The notes: generated by a model not told the origin, from the letters alone. 32,000 bases of DNA from Pseudarthrobacter sp. P1 (GCF_050156935.1 NZ_CP189584.1:1195263-1227262); one strand, 5' to 3'. Counted from the stretch's first letter, positions 17,503 through 29,196 are shown. Numbers and translations: made by a program.

Positions 17503-18250
17503 GCTCGCAGGCGTTGGCTTTGGCTATGGCGGGCCCGAGTGGGTATTCCGGAACGTGAGTTTCCGGGTTGCCGCGGGTTCGGCGACGGCTGTCCTCGGAC
17601 CCAACGGCAGTGGCAAAACCACCCTGATCCGCTGCGTCGCAGGTCTCCTGGACCCTGTCGAGGGGTCAGTCCACCGGGCGGACACCGTGGGCTACGTGCC
17701 ACAGGCGCACGGCAGCGCGTTCGCCTACCACGCGCTGGATATGGTGCTCATGGGCCGGGCCCGGCAGATCCGCGTATTCCGCTCCCCCGGCGCCGCCGAC
17801 CGGCTGGCCGCGATGTCCGCCATGGAACGGGTCGGCATCGGTGCCCTGGCGGACCGGCCGTTTCCCACGCTCAGCGGCGGTGAACAACAGCTGGTGCTCA
17901 TCGCCCGTGCCATTGCCGCCGAGTCCCCCATCCTGGTGCTGGACGAGCCCTCCACCGGCCTCGATCTGAAGAACCAGGTCCGCATCATGGCGCTGTTGCG
18001 TGACTTGATGCAGGACGGCATGGCGCTGCTGCTGAGCACCCACCATCCCGACCACGCCCTGTACCTTGCGGATTCGGTGGTGCTGATGGGGCGTGGCAGC
18101 GTTCAAACGGGGCGGACGGACACGCTGCTGACGGATGCGGCCCTCTCGGCGCTGTACGGCGTGGGCGTCAACACGATTTCTTACGACGACGGCGGAACGG
18201 CCCGCCGCGCCGTCGTTACCCGCTTCGACCAGCCCACAGACAGCAGCTGA
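17495..18250 (+). CDS. ABC transporter ATP-binding protein (FecE/FhuC-like)
   Basis: Walker A GPNGSGKTT, signature LSGGEQQ, Walker B ILVLDEP. GTG start overlaps the permease stop. Confidence 0.85.
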   Translation: MLELAGVGFGYGGPEWVFRNVSFRVAAGSATAVLGPNGSGKTTLIRCVAGLLDPVEGSVHRADTVGYVPQAHGSAFAYHALDMVLMGRARQIRVFRSPGAADRLAAMSAMERVGIGALADRPFPTLSGGEQQLVLIARAIAAESPILVLDEPSTGLDLKNQVRIMALLRDLMQDGMALLLSTHHPDHALYLADSVVLMGRGSVQTGRTDTLLTDAALSALYGVGVNTISYDDGGTARRAVVTRFDQPTDSS

Positions 18251-18311
18251 AACACCAGCGGGCAGAGTTCCACGGCTGTGGCGGTTCCCCCGGCGGCTGC
18301 GGAGGTGAAGA

Positions 18312-18542
18312 ATGGCGGATATGGGCGCAACATATTCAGCCTCGGGCCGGATCACCGCCGATTCCCCGGAAGCGATAGCCTCCGCGGTACGGGCGGCCAC
18401 GGAAGAACTCCACGGCATTTTGCAAAACCACGGCATTGACGCCTCCTTCGATGACATAGCCCTGCTCGGACACTCAGAGTCGTGGGACGGCGAGGGCCAG
18501 CGATGGATCCACGTCTACTGGCCGGTGGACAAGGCCGGGTAA
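18312..18542 (+). CDS. Hypothetical small cytoplasmic protein (76 aa)
   Basis: Strong RBS (GGAGGtgaagaATG). No family was recognised. GC3 is somewhat lower than in neighbouring genes. Confidence 0.5.
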   Translation: MADMGATYSASGRITADSPEAIASAVRAATEELHGILQNHGIDASFDDIALLGHSESWDGEGQRWIHVYWPVDKAG

Positions 18543-19372
18543 AGGATCAAGCCATCAAGAAAGAGCTGAAGGACGCAGCGAACACGGTCGAGGATGCATC
18601 GAACTCCCGGGCCTTTGTTGTTGCGGCCAGGGCCGGTTTCGCGGTCAGCGGGCTGCTGCACGTGCTGGTCGGGATTGTGGCCATCCGGCTGGCTTTCGGC
18701 AAGGCTGGCGAAGCGGACCAGGGTGGCGCGGTCGCGCAACTTGCGGCCCAGCCACTGGGGACGCTGCTGCTCTGGACGGCGTTCGCCGCCTGCGTGGCGT
18801 TGGCGCTGTGGCAGTTCAGCGAGGCCCTCTTCAGCTACCGCGGCCTCCCTGCCCGGAAGAAGCTGGGCATGAAGTTGTCCGCGGCCGGACAGGGGGCGGT
18901 TTTTGCCGTCATTGCCCTGACGTTTGCCACCTTCGCTGTGGGCCAGGGCAAGAACAGCGGCGAGTCCACCAAGGACTGGACCACGACGCTTCTGAGCGCG
19001 CCCCTGGGGTCACTGCTGCTGTATGCCATCGGAGCCGCCGTGGCCATCACCGGCATTGTCTTCGCGGTGCGTGGGTGCATGGCATCCTTCACCAAGATGC
19101 TGGTGTTGCCGTCCTCGCCAGCGGCCCGCTCCACCGTCACGGTGCTCGGCGTCATCGGCTACATCGCCAAGGGCATCGTGCTGGTGCTGACGGGTGTGTT
19201 GGTCATCATCGCCACGGCACATGCTCGGCCGCAGGAATCCACGGGCCTCGACGGCGGCTTGAAGGCCCTGCGCGAGCAGCCCTACGGCGTCTACCTGCTA
19301 GCGCTGGTCGGTGCCGGGCTGGTCGTCTATGGACTGTATCTGGCGGCCAAGTCCCGGTACGCGCGGATGTAG
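18503..19372 (+). CDS. DUF1206-like integral membrane protein
   Basis: Three repeated two-helix hydrophobic modules (ARAGFAVSGLLHVLVGIVAI..., GQGAVFAVIALTFATFAV..., GYIAKGIVLVLTGVLVI...), as recalled for DUF1206. The only in-frame starts are GTG 18482 and ATG 18503, so it overlaps the upstream ORF by at least 40 nt. Confidence 0.65.
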   Translation: MDPRLLAGGQGRVKDQAIKKELKDAANTVEDASNSRAFVVAARAGFAVSGLLHVLVGIVAIRLAFGKAGEADQGGAVAQLAAQPLGTLLLWTAFAACVALALWQFSEALFSYRGLPARKKLGMKLSAAGQGAVFAVIALTFATFAVGQGKNSGESTKDWTTTLLSAPLGSLLLYAIGAAVAITGIVFAVRGCMASFTKMLVLPSSPAARSTVTVLGVIGYIAKGIVLVLTGVLVIIATAHARPQESTGLDGGLKALREQPYGVYLLALVGAGLVVYGLYLAAKSRYARM

Positions 19373-19397
19373 CGGAGCACTGCGGCACGTGGACGCA

Positions 19398-19444
19398 AAA
19401 ACGCCCGGCCCCTCCCCTTGAAAAGGGGTGGGGCCGGGCGTTTT
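19398..19444. terminator. Bidirectional intrinsic terminator between convergent genes
   Basis: A near-perfect 47-nt hairpin. AAAACGCCCGGCCCC (19398-19412) pairs with GGGGCCGGGCGTTTT (19430-19444), with an inner CCCCTT/AAGGGG stem. A/T runs lie on both sides. Confidence 0.75.
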
Positions 19445-19456
19445 GAAACAGTTGGA

Positions 19457-21225
<1,769 letters not shown>

Positions 21226-21241
21226 GGCTAGCTATGCACCC

Positions 21242-23362
21242 TTAAAGCTGACAGGAAACACAATTTTCCACCTCCGTCCCTTCCAGCGCGAGCTGGCGGA
21301 GACGGATGTAGTAGATGGTCTTGATGCCCTTGCGCCAGGCGTAGATCTGCGCCTTGTTGATGTCACGCGTGGTGGCGGTGTCCTTGAAGAACAGCGTCAG
21401 GGACAGGCCCTGGTCCACGTGCTGGGTGGCAGCGGCGTAGGTGTCGATGATCTTCTCGTAGCCAATCTCATACGCATCCTGGTAGTACTCCAGGTTGTCG
21501 TTGGTCAGGTACGGGGCCGGGTAGTACACGCGGCCGATCTTGCCTTCCTTGCGGATCTCGATCTTCGAGGCAACCGGGTGGATGGAGGAGGTGGAGTTGT
21601 TGATGTAGCTGATGGAACCGGTGGGCGGCACGGCCTGCAGGTTCTGGTTGTAGATGCCGTGCTCCATGACGGAGGCCTTCAGCTCGCGCCAGTCATCCTG
21701 CGTGGGGATGTGGATGCCCTCGAAGAGCTCCACCACGCGGGCCGTCTGCGGAACCCATTCGCGGTCCGTGTACTTGTCGAAGAACTCGCCGGTGGCGTAC
21801 TTAGACTTCTCGAAGCCGCCGAACGTGGAGTTGGTCTCGATGGCCAGCAGGTTCGAGGAGCGCAGGGCGTGGAACAGGACCGTGTAGAAGTAGATGTTGG
21901 TGAAGTCCAGGCCCTCTGCGGAGCCGTAGTGGACCCGCTCGCGGGCCAGGTAGCCGTGCAGGTTCATCTGGCCCAGGCCGATGGCGTGCGACTGGTCGTT
22001 GCCCTTGGCGATGGAGGGCACCGAGGTGATGTTGGACATGTCAGAGACCGCGGAGAGCGCCCGGATGGACGTCTCGATGGTGGCGCCGAAGTTGGGCGAA
22101 TCCATGGTCTTGGCGATGTTCAGCGAGCCCAGGTTGCAGGAGATGTCCTTGCCGGTCTCGTCGTAGGACAGGTCGTCCAGGTACGTGGTGGGCTGGGAAA
22201 CCTGCAGGATCTCCGAGCACAGGTTGGACATGATGATCTTGCCCTCGATCGGGTTTTCCCGGTTCACCGTGTCCTCGAACATGATGTACGGGTAGCCGGA
22301 CTCGAACTGGATCTCGGCGAGGGTCTGGAAGAACTCGCGGGCCTTGATCTTGGTCTTCTTGATCCGGGAGTCGTCCACCATCTCGTAGTACTTCTCGGTG
22401 ACCGAGATGTCGGAGAACGGCATGCCGTAGACCTTTTCGACGTCGTACGGGGAGAACAGGTACATGTCCTCGTCGCGCTTGGCCAGCTCAAAGGTGATGT
22501 CCGGAACCACAACGCCCAGCGAGAGGGTCTTGATGCGGATCTTCTCATCGGCGTTCTCGCGCTTGGTGTCCAGGAAGCGGTTGATGTCCGGGTGGTGGGC
22601 GTGCAGGTACACCGCACCGGCACCCTGGCGGGCACCGAGCTGGTTGGCGTAGGAGAAGCTGTCCTCGAGGAGCTTCATCACGGGGATGACGCCGGAGGAC
22701 TGGTTCTCGATCTGCTTGATCGGCGCGCCGACCTCGCGGATGTTGGTCAGGGCGAAGGCCACGCCGCCGCCGCGCTTGGAGAGCTGCAGCGCGGAGTTGA
22801 TGGAGCGCCCGATGGACTCCATGTTGTCCTCGATGCGCAGCAGGAAGCAGGAGACGAGCTCGCCGCGCTGGGCCTTGCCGGCGTTCAGGAACGTCGGGGT
22901 GGCGGGCTGGAAACGTCCCTCGATGACCTCATCCACCATGTTAATGGCGAGCTGCTCGTTGCCGCGGGCCAGGTGCAGGGCCACCATGCACACGCGGTCC
23001 TCGTAGCGCTCCAGGAAGCGCTTGCCGTCGAAGGTCTTGAGCGTGTACGAGGTGTAGAACTTGAACGCGCCCAGGAAGGTCTCGAAGCGGAACTTCTTCT
23101 TGTACGCCCGGCTGAACAGGTCGCGGATGAAGTTCATCGTGTACTGGTCAAGCGTCTCGCGCTCGTAGTACTCGTTCTTGACCAGGTATTCCAGCTTCTC
23201 TTCCAGGTCATGGAAGAAGACGGTGTTGTTGTTCACGTGCTGGAGGAAGTACTGGTGCGCGGCCTCGCGGTCGGCATCGAACTGGATCTCGCCGTTGGGA
23301 CCGTAGAGGTTCAGCATGGCGTTGAGCTCATGGTAGCCAAGTCCCTTGTATGCCTCGGGCAT
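21242..23362 (-). CDS. nrdE: Class Ib ribonucleotide reductase alpha subunit NrdE
   Basis: Full-length NrdE-like sequence: [19 protein letters not shown]..., the catalytic NLCSEI, and the C-terminal [23 protein letters not shown]. Start set at MPEAYKG (RBS AAGGAAG) rather than 23413, which would overlap nrdI. Confidence 0.92.
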   Translation of the reverse strand: MPEAYKGLGYHELNAMLNLYGPNGEIQFDADREAAHQYFLQHVNNNTVFFHDLEEKLEYLVKNEYYERETLDQYTMNFIRDLFSRAYKKKFRFETFLGAFKFYTSYTLKTFDGKRFLERYEDRVCMVALHLARGNEQLAINMVDEVIEGRFQPATPTFLNAGKAQRGELVSCFLLRIEDNMESIGRSINSALQLSKRGGGVAFALTNIREVGAPIKQIENQSSGVIPVMKLLEDSFSYANQLGARQGAGAVYLHAHHPDINRFLDTKRENADEKIRIKTLSLGVVVPDITFELAKRDEDMYLFSPYDVEKVYGMPFSDISVTEKYYEMVDDSRIKKTKIKAREFFQTLAEIQFESGYPYIMFEDTVNRENPIEGKIIMSNLCSEILQVSQPTTYLDDLSYDETGKDISCNLGSLNIAKTMDSPNFGATIETSIRALSAVSDMSNITSVPSIAKGNDQSHAIGLGQMNLHGYLARERVHYGSAEGLDFTNIYFYTVLFHALRSSNLLAIETNSTFGGFEKSKYATGEFFDKYTDREWVPQTARVVELFEGIHIPTQDDWRELKASVMEHGIYNQNLQAVPPTGSISYINNSTSSIHPVASKIEIRKEGKIGRVYYPAPYLTNDNLEYYQDAYEIGYEKIIDTYAAATQHVDQGLSLTLFFKDTATTRDINKAQIYAWRKGIKTIYYIRLRQLALEGTEVENCVSCQL

Positions 23363-23382
23363 AGCAGCTTCCTTGCTCTGGG

Positions 23383-23880
23383 TTACAGCCGATTCTGTAA
23401 GCGTTGCGTCCAAAATATGTCCAATCCCTGGTGTACACGGTCAACGTCCTCGGACGTGCCCATGAGCTCAAAACGGTAAAGAAGGGGGACCTTGCACTTG
23501 GCGGCGATGATGTCGCCGGCCAGGCAGTAGGTTTCCCCGAAGTTCGTGTTTCCGGCGGCTATGACGCCGGCAATAAGGCTGCGGTTCTGCTCCACGTTGA
23601 GGAACTTGATGACCTGTTTGGGAACGGCCCCATGCCCGGTCTCCCCACCATAGGTGGGAAGGACCAGCACGAAGGGTTCCAAAGCCAACAGCGTGTCATC
23701 ACGGGTGAGCAGTGGCAGCCGGGCAGCATCCATCCCCAGCTTTTGGACAAAACGGTGGGTGTTGTCCGAGATGGAGGAGAAGTAGATGAGCCTGCTGCGG
23801 GTGGGGAGCAGACCGGCGACGGCGGCAGCTCCGGTTCCGGCGCTGGTGCCGTGCTGATGGATATCTGCAATGGCAGTCAT
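23383..23880 (-). CDS. nrdI: Flavodoxin-like RNR maturation protein NrdI
   Basis: [15 protein letters not shown] and [12 protein letters not shown] motifs. It sits between nrdH and nrdE. Confidence 0.88.
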   Translation of the reverse strand: MTAIADIHQHGTSAGTGAAAVAGLLPTRSRLIYFSSISDNTHRFVQKLGMDAARLPLLTRDDTLLALEPFVLVLPTYGGETGHGAVPKQVIKFLNVEQNRSLIAGVIAAGNTNFGETYCLAGDIIAAKCKVPLLYRFELMGTSEDVDRVHQGLDIFWTQRLQNRL

Positions 23881-23940
23881 TGGTATCGCTTCCCACGATG
23901 TGCCCGGTGGATGTGCTGGCCCGGGCGGCCGGCTCCGTGC

Positions 23941-24186
23941 CTAGGCGACGGAGGCGGCGGCCGCGACGGCCAGTTCTTCGATCTTGTCGGGACGGAACCC
24001 GGACCAGTGGTCCTGGTCGGTCACGACAACGGGGGCCTGCATGTAGCCGAGGGACCGCAGACGCTCCAGGGCCTCGGGGTCCTGGGAGATGTCCACGCTC
24101 TGGTACGTGATGCCCTTCTTGTCCAACGCCCGGTAAGTGGCGGTGCACTGGACGCACGCTGGCTTGGTGTAAACCGTAACGGTCAT
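23941..24186 (-). CDS. nrdH: Glutaredoxin-like protein NrdH
   Basis: 81 aa with the CVQC redox motif (VYTKPACVQCTATYRAL) and WSGFRPDKI. Confidence 0.9.
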   Translation of the reverse strand: MTVTVYTKPACVQCTATYRALDKKGITYQSVDISQDPEALERLRSLGYMQAPVVVTDQDHWSGFRPDKIEELAVAAAASVA

Positions 24187-24399
24187 GATCCGTTCCCCTT
24201 CTTGGAAGCACCTTCTCTGGTGGCTTCTGGCTCTTTTGCTGCCGGCTTGAGCCTATGAAGCGCGCCCCCTCGCCTTGCGGCATTCCCGGTTTTGGAGGTG
24301 CTCTTCGCACGTGCTCTTGACCTGGGCGGATTCGGCGTCTAATACGGCCTCGCCAGCGTTCCGGGAGTGATTCCCGTACTGCTCGATTTCTGTAGTTCG

Positions 24400-24415
24400 A
24401 TACTACATGTAGTGC
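24400..24415 (-). promoter_or_regulatory. Candidate NrdR box overlapping a possible -10 (TAGTAT) of the nrdHIEF promoter
   Basis: ATACTACATGTAGTGC contains the perfect palindrome ACTACATGTAGT (24402-24413). It matches about 12 of 16 positions of the recalled NrdR consensus acaCwAtATaTwGtgt. Degenerate ACA..TGT palindromes follow at 24437-24445 and 24449-24458. The region is AT-rich. Confidence 0.4.
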
Positions 24416-24745
24416 AAGCTCCTGGAGTTGACCCCAACATGATGTATTACAAGTATGTCATTTTATGCACCGGCCGTCCACAGGCGGGGCCGGGAAAATT
24501 GCCGGAAACGTCGCCTTTTAAGCCGGGCTATCCACAGGCTGTGGAGTACTTAATCACTTAATTCGGGGCGGCGTGTCTCCTTCCTCGGCGTGTCGCGCCC
24601 TGGTGTCCGGGCACTCCCCCACCACAAGACGCCCCGGCCCCGCGCGAGCCGTCATTTGTGGGCAGTGTTCGGCCTGCGGACCCACCACAAGTGACGGTTC
24701 GCGCGGGGTCCATGGCGGCTAGGCTTGGGCTTGAAAACTTGAAAG

Positions 24746-25678
24746 GTGGTGGGCGTGGTCAATCCGGTGCATTTGCGCACATTGGTGGAGGTGACCCGGT
24801 TGGGGTCCTTCGCGGCGGCGGCTACCCGGCTGGGGTACACGGCGTCGGCGGTCTCGCAGCAGATGTCGGCCCTGGAGCGGGACACGGGTGTGGTGCTGTT
24901 CCAGCGCTCGGCCCGCAGCGTCCAGCCCACCGATGCGGCCCAGGTCATGACCCGCCACGCCAGCAAGGTGCTCACGGACATTGACGCCCTGCTGGCGGCC
25001 AGCTCGCGGACCCACGCGGCCACCAGCCAGGAGTTGCGGCTGGGCATCTTCCCCTCGCTGGCCACCTATGTGCTCCCCCGCCTGCTGCGCAGCCCCAGCT
25101 GGCCGGACCTGGGCATCAATCTGAAGGTCTCGGTGGCCGAACCCGGGCAGACCATCCAGGGCCTGCGCACCGGCGGCGAGCTGGACGTGGCACTGGTCTA
25201 CCAGGTGGGCCAGAGCGGCCTGGCCTGGCCGCACACGGTGAGCCGGCAGTGGATCGGCGACGACAACTTCCGCGTGGTCCTGCCCAAGTCCTGGGGCATC
25301 CAGGCCAACGCCGAGGTGAACGCAGCCCAGCTGAACGACGTGCCGTGGATCATGCACCACCCCGGCACCCCGGACGCCATGGTGATCGAGCGCCTTTTCG
25401 CCAGCTGCAATCTGCACCCGCAGGTGGCCGTCCACAGCGACGACTTCAACGCCAGCCTGCAGCTCGCCTCGGTGGGCCTGGGTGCCGCGCTGGTGCCGGA
25501 ACTGGCCCTGCAAAACCGGCCCGACGGCGTCGTCGTACTGGATGTGCCGGAGATCCGGCTGGCCCGCAACATCTTTGCCCTACTCATCAATGACAAGGCC
25601 ACCGCCCAGGTGGGCGTGTTTGTGGACCGGCTCTCGGGCATCCTCAACGAGCTCTCCCGCGATACGCGCCTGGGCTAG
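24746..25678 (+). CDS. LysR-family transcriptional regulator
   Basis: N-terminal wHTH LRTLVEVTRLGSFAAAATRLGYTASAVSQQMSALERDTGVVLFQR, followed by a LysR substrate-binding domain. Confidence 0.85.
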   Translation: MVGVVNPVHLRTLVEVTRLGSFAAAATRLGYTASAVSQQMSALERDTGVVLFQRSARSVQPTDAAQVMTRHASKVLTDIDALLAASSRTHAATSQELRLGIFPSLATYVLPRLLRSPSWPDLGINLKVSVAEPGQTIQGLRTGGELDVALVYQVGQSGLAWPHTVSRQWIGDDNFRVVLPKSWGIQANAEVNAAQLNDVPWIMHHPGTPDAMVIERLFASCNLHPQVAVHSDDFNASLQLASVGLGAALVPELALQNRPDGVVVLDVPEIRLARNIFALLINDKATAQVGVFVDRLSGILNELSRDTRLG

Positions 25679-25788
25679 CGACGCATCCACCCATGACGCA
25701 CAACTGCACTGGAGGACGCCGTTTCCCGCTGATGACATGACCACGCCGCCATCCTGAACGGGATCCGACGTCGGAGACCGCACAAACA

Positions 25789-25827
25789 AAACCGCCGCCG
25801 CTCCCGGAAGGGGAACGACGGCGGTTT
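25789..25827. terminator. Bidirectional intrinsic terminator (LysR gene / metE)
   Basis: AAACCGCCG (25789-25797) pairs with CGGCGGTTT (25819-25827), with an inner TCCC/GGGA stem. T-rich tracts follow on both strands (GGTTT on plus; TTTGTTTG on minus). Confidence 0.6.
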
Positions 25828-25866
25828 GGTTTCGGCAGGCTCAACCAGCCAGACCGGCGGGTCAGG

Positions 25867-28176
25867 CTAGACCAGCTGGGCGCGGACTTCCTTGGTGGCG
25901 TTGACCAGGTTGCGCAGGGACTCCTCGGTCTCCTTGTAGCCGCGGGTCTTCAGGCCGCAGTCCGGGTTGACCCAGAGCTGGCGGGCCGGCACGTGCTTGA
26001 CGGCGGTGCCCAGCAGCTCGGAGACCTCGGCCTGGCCGGGGACGCGCGGGGAGTGGATGTCGTAGACGCCCGGACCCACGCCGCGGCCGAAGCCGTGGCT
26101 CTCCAGATCGTGCACCACGTCCATGCGGGAGCGGGCGGCCTCAATGGAGGTCACGTCTGCATCCAGGCCGTCGATGGCGTCGATGATGACGCCGAACTCG
26201 GAGTAGCACAGGTGGGTGTGGATCTGGGTGCCGTCCACCGCACCGGCGGTGGAGAGGCGGAAGGAGTTCACGGACCAGTCCAGGTAGGAGGCCTGGTCGG
26301 CCTTGCGCAGCGGCAGCAGCTCGCGCAGGGCGGGCTCGTCCACCTGGATGACCTTGATGCCAGCGGCCTCGAGGTCGGCGATCTCGTCGCGCAGGGCCAG
26401 GGCAACCTGGTTGGCGGTCTCGCCCAGGGGCTGGTCGTCGCGGACGAAGCTCCAGGCCAGGATCGTGACCGGGCCCGTCAGCATGCCCTTCATCGGCTTG
26501 CTGGTCAGCGACTGGGCGTACTCGGCCCAGGCCACGGTGATGGCCTTGGCGCGGGTGACATCGCCCCACAGGATGGACGGGCGGGTGCAGCGGCTGCCGT
26601 AGGACTGGACCCAGCCGTGGACGGTGACGTCGAAGCCTTCCAGGTTCTCGGCGAAGTACTGGACCATGTCGTTGCGCTCGGGCTCGCCGTGGACCAGGAC
26701 GTCGAAGCCCAGCTCCTCCTGCAGGTCCACCACGCGCTTGATCTCTTCCTTCATCAGCGTCTCGTACTGCTCGCCGGTGAGCTCGCCCTTGTTGGCGCGG
26801 GCACGGGCTGAGCGGATTTCGCCGGTCTGCGGGAAGGAACCGATGGTGGTGGTGGGCAGCGGCGGGAGGTTCAGCTCGGCATCCTGGGCGGCGGCGCGCA
26901 CGGAGTACTCGGAGCGGTTGAAGTCCGCCGGGGTCAGTGCGGCCAGGCGGGCGCGGACCTCGGGGCGCTGGACGCCGGTGGCGGTGGCGCGGGCGGTGAT
27001 GATGGCACCGGCCTCGTCGATGGCGCCCTGGACTGCTGCGCGGTCGGTCAGGACGGCGGCCAGGGTGACAACCTCGGTGGCCTTCTGGTCGGCGAAGGCC
27101 AACCAGCTGCGCAGTTCCGCGGAGAGCTTGACCTCTTCGGCAACATCGTGCGGGACGTGCTGGGTGGAGGTGGAGGTGGAGACGGCCACGGTCAGGCCGG
27201 CAGCCTTGAGGGCCTCCAGCTTGTCGGCGGCGACGGCAAGGTCGTTGCGCCAGATGTTGTGGCCGTCGACGACGCCGGCAACCAGGGTCTTGCCGGCCAG
27301 CAGGGCCAGGTCCTCGGTGGAGGGGACGGCACCCTTGAACAGGTCCAGGTGGATGGCCTCAACGTTGGTGGCGGCCAGGGTCGGCAGCAGCTCGTTGATG
27401 GCGCCGTACGGGGTGCTGACCAGGATGGCCGGGCGGGCCGTGGCGGCGGCGAGGACCTCGTAGGTGCGGGCCACGGCGGCCTTGACCCCGGCGACGTCGA
27501 TGTCCTGGTCGACGGCCAGGGCGGGCTCGTCCAGCTGGATCCAGGTGGCGCCGGCGGCGGCCAGCTTGGCCAGCAGCTCAACGTAGACCGGCAGCACGTC
27601 TTCCAGGCGGGACAGCGGGGAGAAACCGGCCGGCGCGTTGTCGGAGGCCTTGCTCAGCAGCAGGTAGGTCACCGGGCCCACCAGGTACGGGCGGGTCTCG
27701 ACGCCGTTGGCCAGCGCGTACTCGAACTGCTCCACGATGCGGGTGGAGGTCAGCGAGAAGTTGGTCTCCGGGCCGATTTCCGGCACCAGGTAGTGGTAGT
27801 TGGTGTCGAACCACTTGGTCATTTCCAGCGGCTGCTGCTCGGCGGTGCCGCGGGCCAGGGTGAAGTAGGCGTTGATGTCCAGCTGGCCCTCGGCATTGAG
27901 GAGGTTGCCGAAGCGGGCCGGAACGGCGCCGATGTGGGTGGTGGCATCCAGCACCTGGTCGTAGTAGGAGAACGTGCCCGGAACGGCGGCGGGCTCGGTC
28001 AGGCCCAGCTCGGTCAGGCGCTTGGCGGTGCCCAGCTGGATCTCCTTGGCGGCGGCGTCCAGCGCGGTGGCGTCGATCTTGCCGGCCCAGAAGGACTCGA
28101 TGGCCTTCTTCAGCTCGCGGCGGCGGCCGATGCGGGGGTAGCCCAGCAGGGAGGCGGAGGGGAATGCGGTGGTCAT
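25867..28176 (-). CDS. metE: Cobalamin-independent methionine synthase MetE
   Basis: About 770 aa. It starts MTTAFPSASLLGYPRIGRRRELKKAIE and has the C-terminal zinc-site region HTHLCYSEF...CGLKTR. Start moved from 28224 to 28176 (RBS AAGGACAG). Confidence 0.93.
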   Translation of the reverse strand: MTTAFPSASLLGYPRIGRRRELKKAIESFWAGKIDATALDAAAKEIQLGTAKRLTELGLTEPAAVPGTFSYYDQVLDATTHIGAVPARFGNLLNAEGQLDINAYFTLARGTAEQQPLEMTKWFDTNYHYLVPEIGPETNFSLTSTRIVEQFEYALANGVETRPYLVGPVTYLLLSKASDNAPAGFSPLSRLEDVLPVYVELLAKLAAAGATWIQLDEPALAVDQDIDVAGVKAAVARTYEVLAAATARPAILVSTPYGAINELLPTLAATNVEAIHLDLFKGAVPSTEDLALLAGKTLVAGVVDGHNIWRNDLAVAADKLEALKAAGLTVAVSTSTSTQHVPHDVAEEVKLSAELRSWLAFADQKATEVVTLAAVLTDRAAVQGAIDEAGAIITARATATGVQRPEVRARLAALTPADFNRSEYSVRAAAQDAELNLPPLPTTTIGSFPQTGEIRSARARANKGELTGEQYETLMKEEIKRVVDLQEELGFDVLVHGEPERNDMVQYFAENLEGFDVTVHGWVQSYGSRCTRPSILWGDVTRAKAITVAWAEYAQSLTSKPMKGMLTGPVTILAWSFVRDDQPLGETANQVALALRDEIADLEAAGIKVIQVDEPALRELLPLRKADQASYLDWSVNSFRLSTAGAVDGTQIHTHLCYSEFGVIIDAIDGLDADVTSIEAARSRMDVVHDLESHGFGRGVGPGVYDIHSPRVPGQAEVSELLGTAVKHVPARQLWVNPDCGLKTRGYKETEESLRNLVNATKEVRAQLV

Positions 28177-28239
28177 GTTCTGTCCTTGTGTCTCGTGGTG
28201 CTCAAGTGTGAAGGGGTACTGCAAACGAATGGGGGTGTC

Positions 28240-29196
28240 TTAGGCCTGGGCCAGCACGCGGCGGGCCAAGGCCGGGCGGCTGGGCCGCAGGAGTTCGAGC
28301 CGGTCCAGCACATCCAGCGCTGCGCCGTGCTCGTTGAACGTGTACAGGTGGATGCCGGGGGCGCCGGCGTCCAGGGCCGCCCGGGCCAGGTCCACGGTGG
28401 CGCGGACACCGATCCGGCGGCGTTCTCCGTCGTCGTCCGCCCGCCCCAACGCCTCCAGCAGCGCGGGGGCTGGTTCGACGCCGGTCAGCGTGGCCAGCCG
28501 GTTGAGCCGGCGGACGCTGGTCAGCGGCATGACGCCGGGGATGATCGGGATGGTCACGCCGGCACGGCGGGCACGGGAGAGGAGGTCCGCATACTGCTCC
28601 GGGTGGAAGAAGACCTGGGTGATGGCGAAGTCCGCGCCGGAACGCTGCTTGGCCAGCAACACCTCGATGTCGTGCTGGATGCTGGGCGATTCCGGGTGCT
28701 TGGCCGGGTAGGCCGCGACACCGATGGCCACCTTGCCGGCACACAGCAGGGCGGTGCGGCGCTGCTCCACGCGGCGGATCAGTTCAATCAAATCCTGGGC
28801 GTAGTTCAGCGAGCCGGGCTGTGGCTGGGCCGGGGCATCCTGGGGGTGGTCGCCGCGCAGGGCCAGAATGCCGCGCACACCATGGTCCAGCAGCTCCGAG
28901 ATGATCTCCGCCAGCTCCTCCGGCGAATTGCCCACGCACGTCAGGTGCGCCAGCGGGCGGAGGCTGGTTTCGGTCAGCAACCGGTTGAGCAGCTCGACGG
29001 CGGTGCTCCGGTTGGAGCCGGAGGCGCCGTAGGTGACGGAGACGTAGTCGGGGTTGGTGCTCTCCAGCTCCCGGATGGTGTCCCACAGGCTCGCCTCGGC
29101 GGCGGCATTGCGGGGCGGGAAGAGCTCGTAGGACAGGGCGATGGGTGCCGTGCCCGTGAGTTTTGGATGCGTCTGTATCAGACTTGGTGGTGACAT
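28240..29196 (-). CDS. metF: Methylenetetrahydrofolate reductase MetF
   Basis: SYELFPPRN, VSVTYGASG, HLTCVG, ILALRGD and FAITQVFF motifs. Confidence 0.9.
   Translation of the reverse strand: MSPPSLIQTHPKLTGTAPIALSYELFPPRNAAAEASLWDTIRELESTNPDYVSVTYGASGSNRSTAVELLNRLLTETSLRPLAHLTCVGNSPEELAEIISELLDHGVRGILALRGDHPQDAPAQPQPGSLNYAQDLIELIRRVEQRRTALLCAGKVAIGVAAYPAKHPESPSIQHDIEVLLAKQRSGADFAITQVFFHPEQYADLLSRARRAGVTIPIIPGVMPLTSVRRLNRLATLTGVEPAPALLEALGRADDDGERRRIGVRATVDLARAALDAGAPGIHLYTFNEHGAALDVLDRLELLRPSRPALARRVLAQA

Noticed and set aside
24187-24400. Cobalamin riboswitch in the nrdH 5' UTR, suggested by GGGAAU twice, GAAUCC and AGCCAGAAGCC fragments.
   Set aside because: The fragments are in the wrong spacing and order, with no GGUG..AAUCC next to GGGAA and no CCCGC.ACUGU. 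It is not convincing without a covariance-model search.
24367-24561. 64-aa plus-strand ORF in the nrdH/LysR intergenic region.
   Set aside because: It lies in the AT-rich promoter/operator island, has non-host codon usage and no RBS, and overlaps the candidate NrdR boxes.
25764-25775. Perfect 12-bp palindrome TCCGACGTCGGA downstream of the LysR gene.
   Set aside because: It is a short isolated palindrome next to the real terminator hairpin, with no second copy or associated gene start. It is probably fortuitous.
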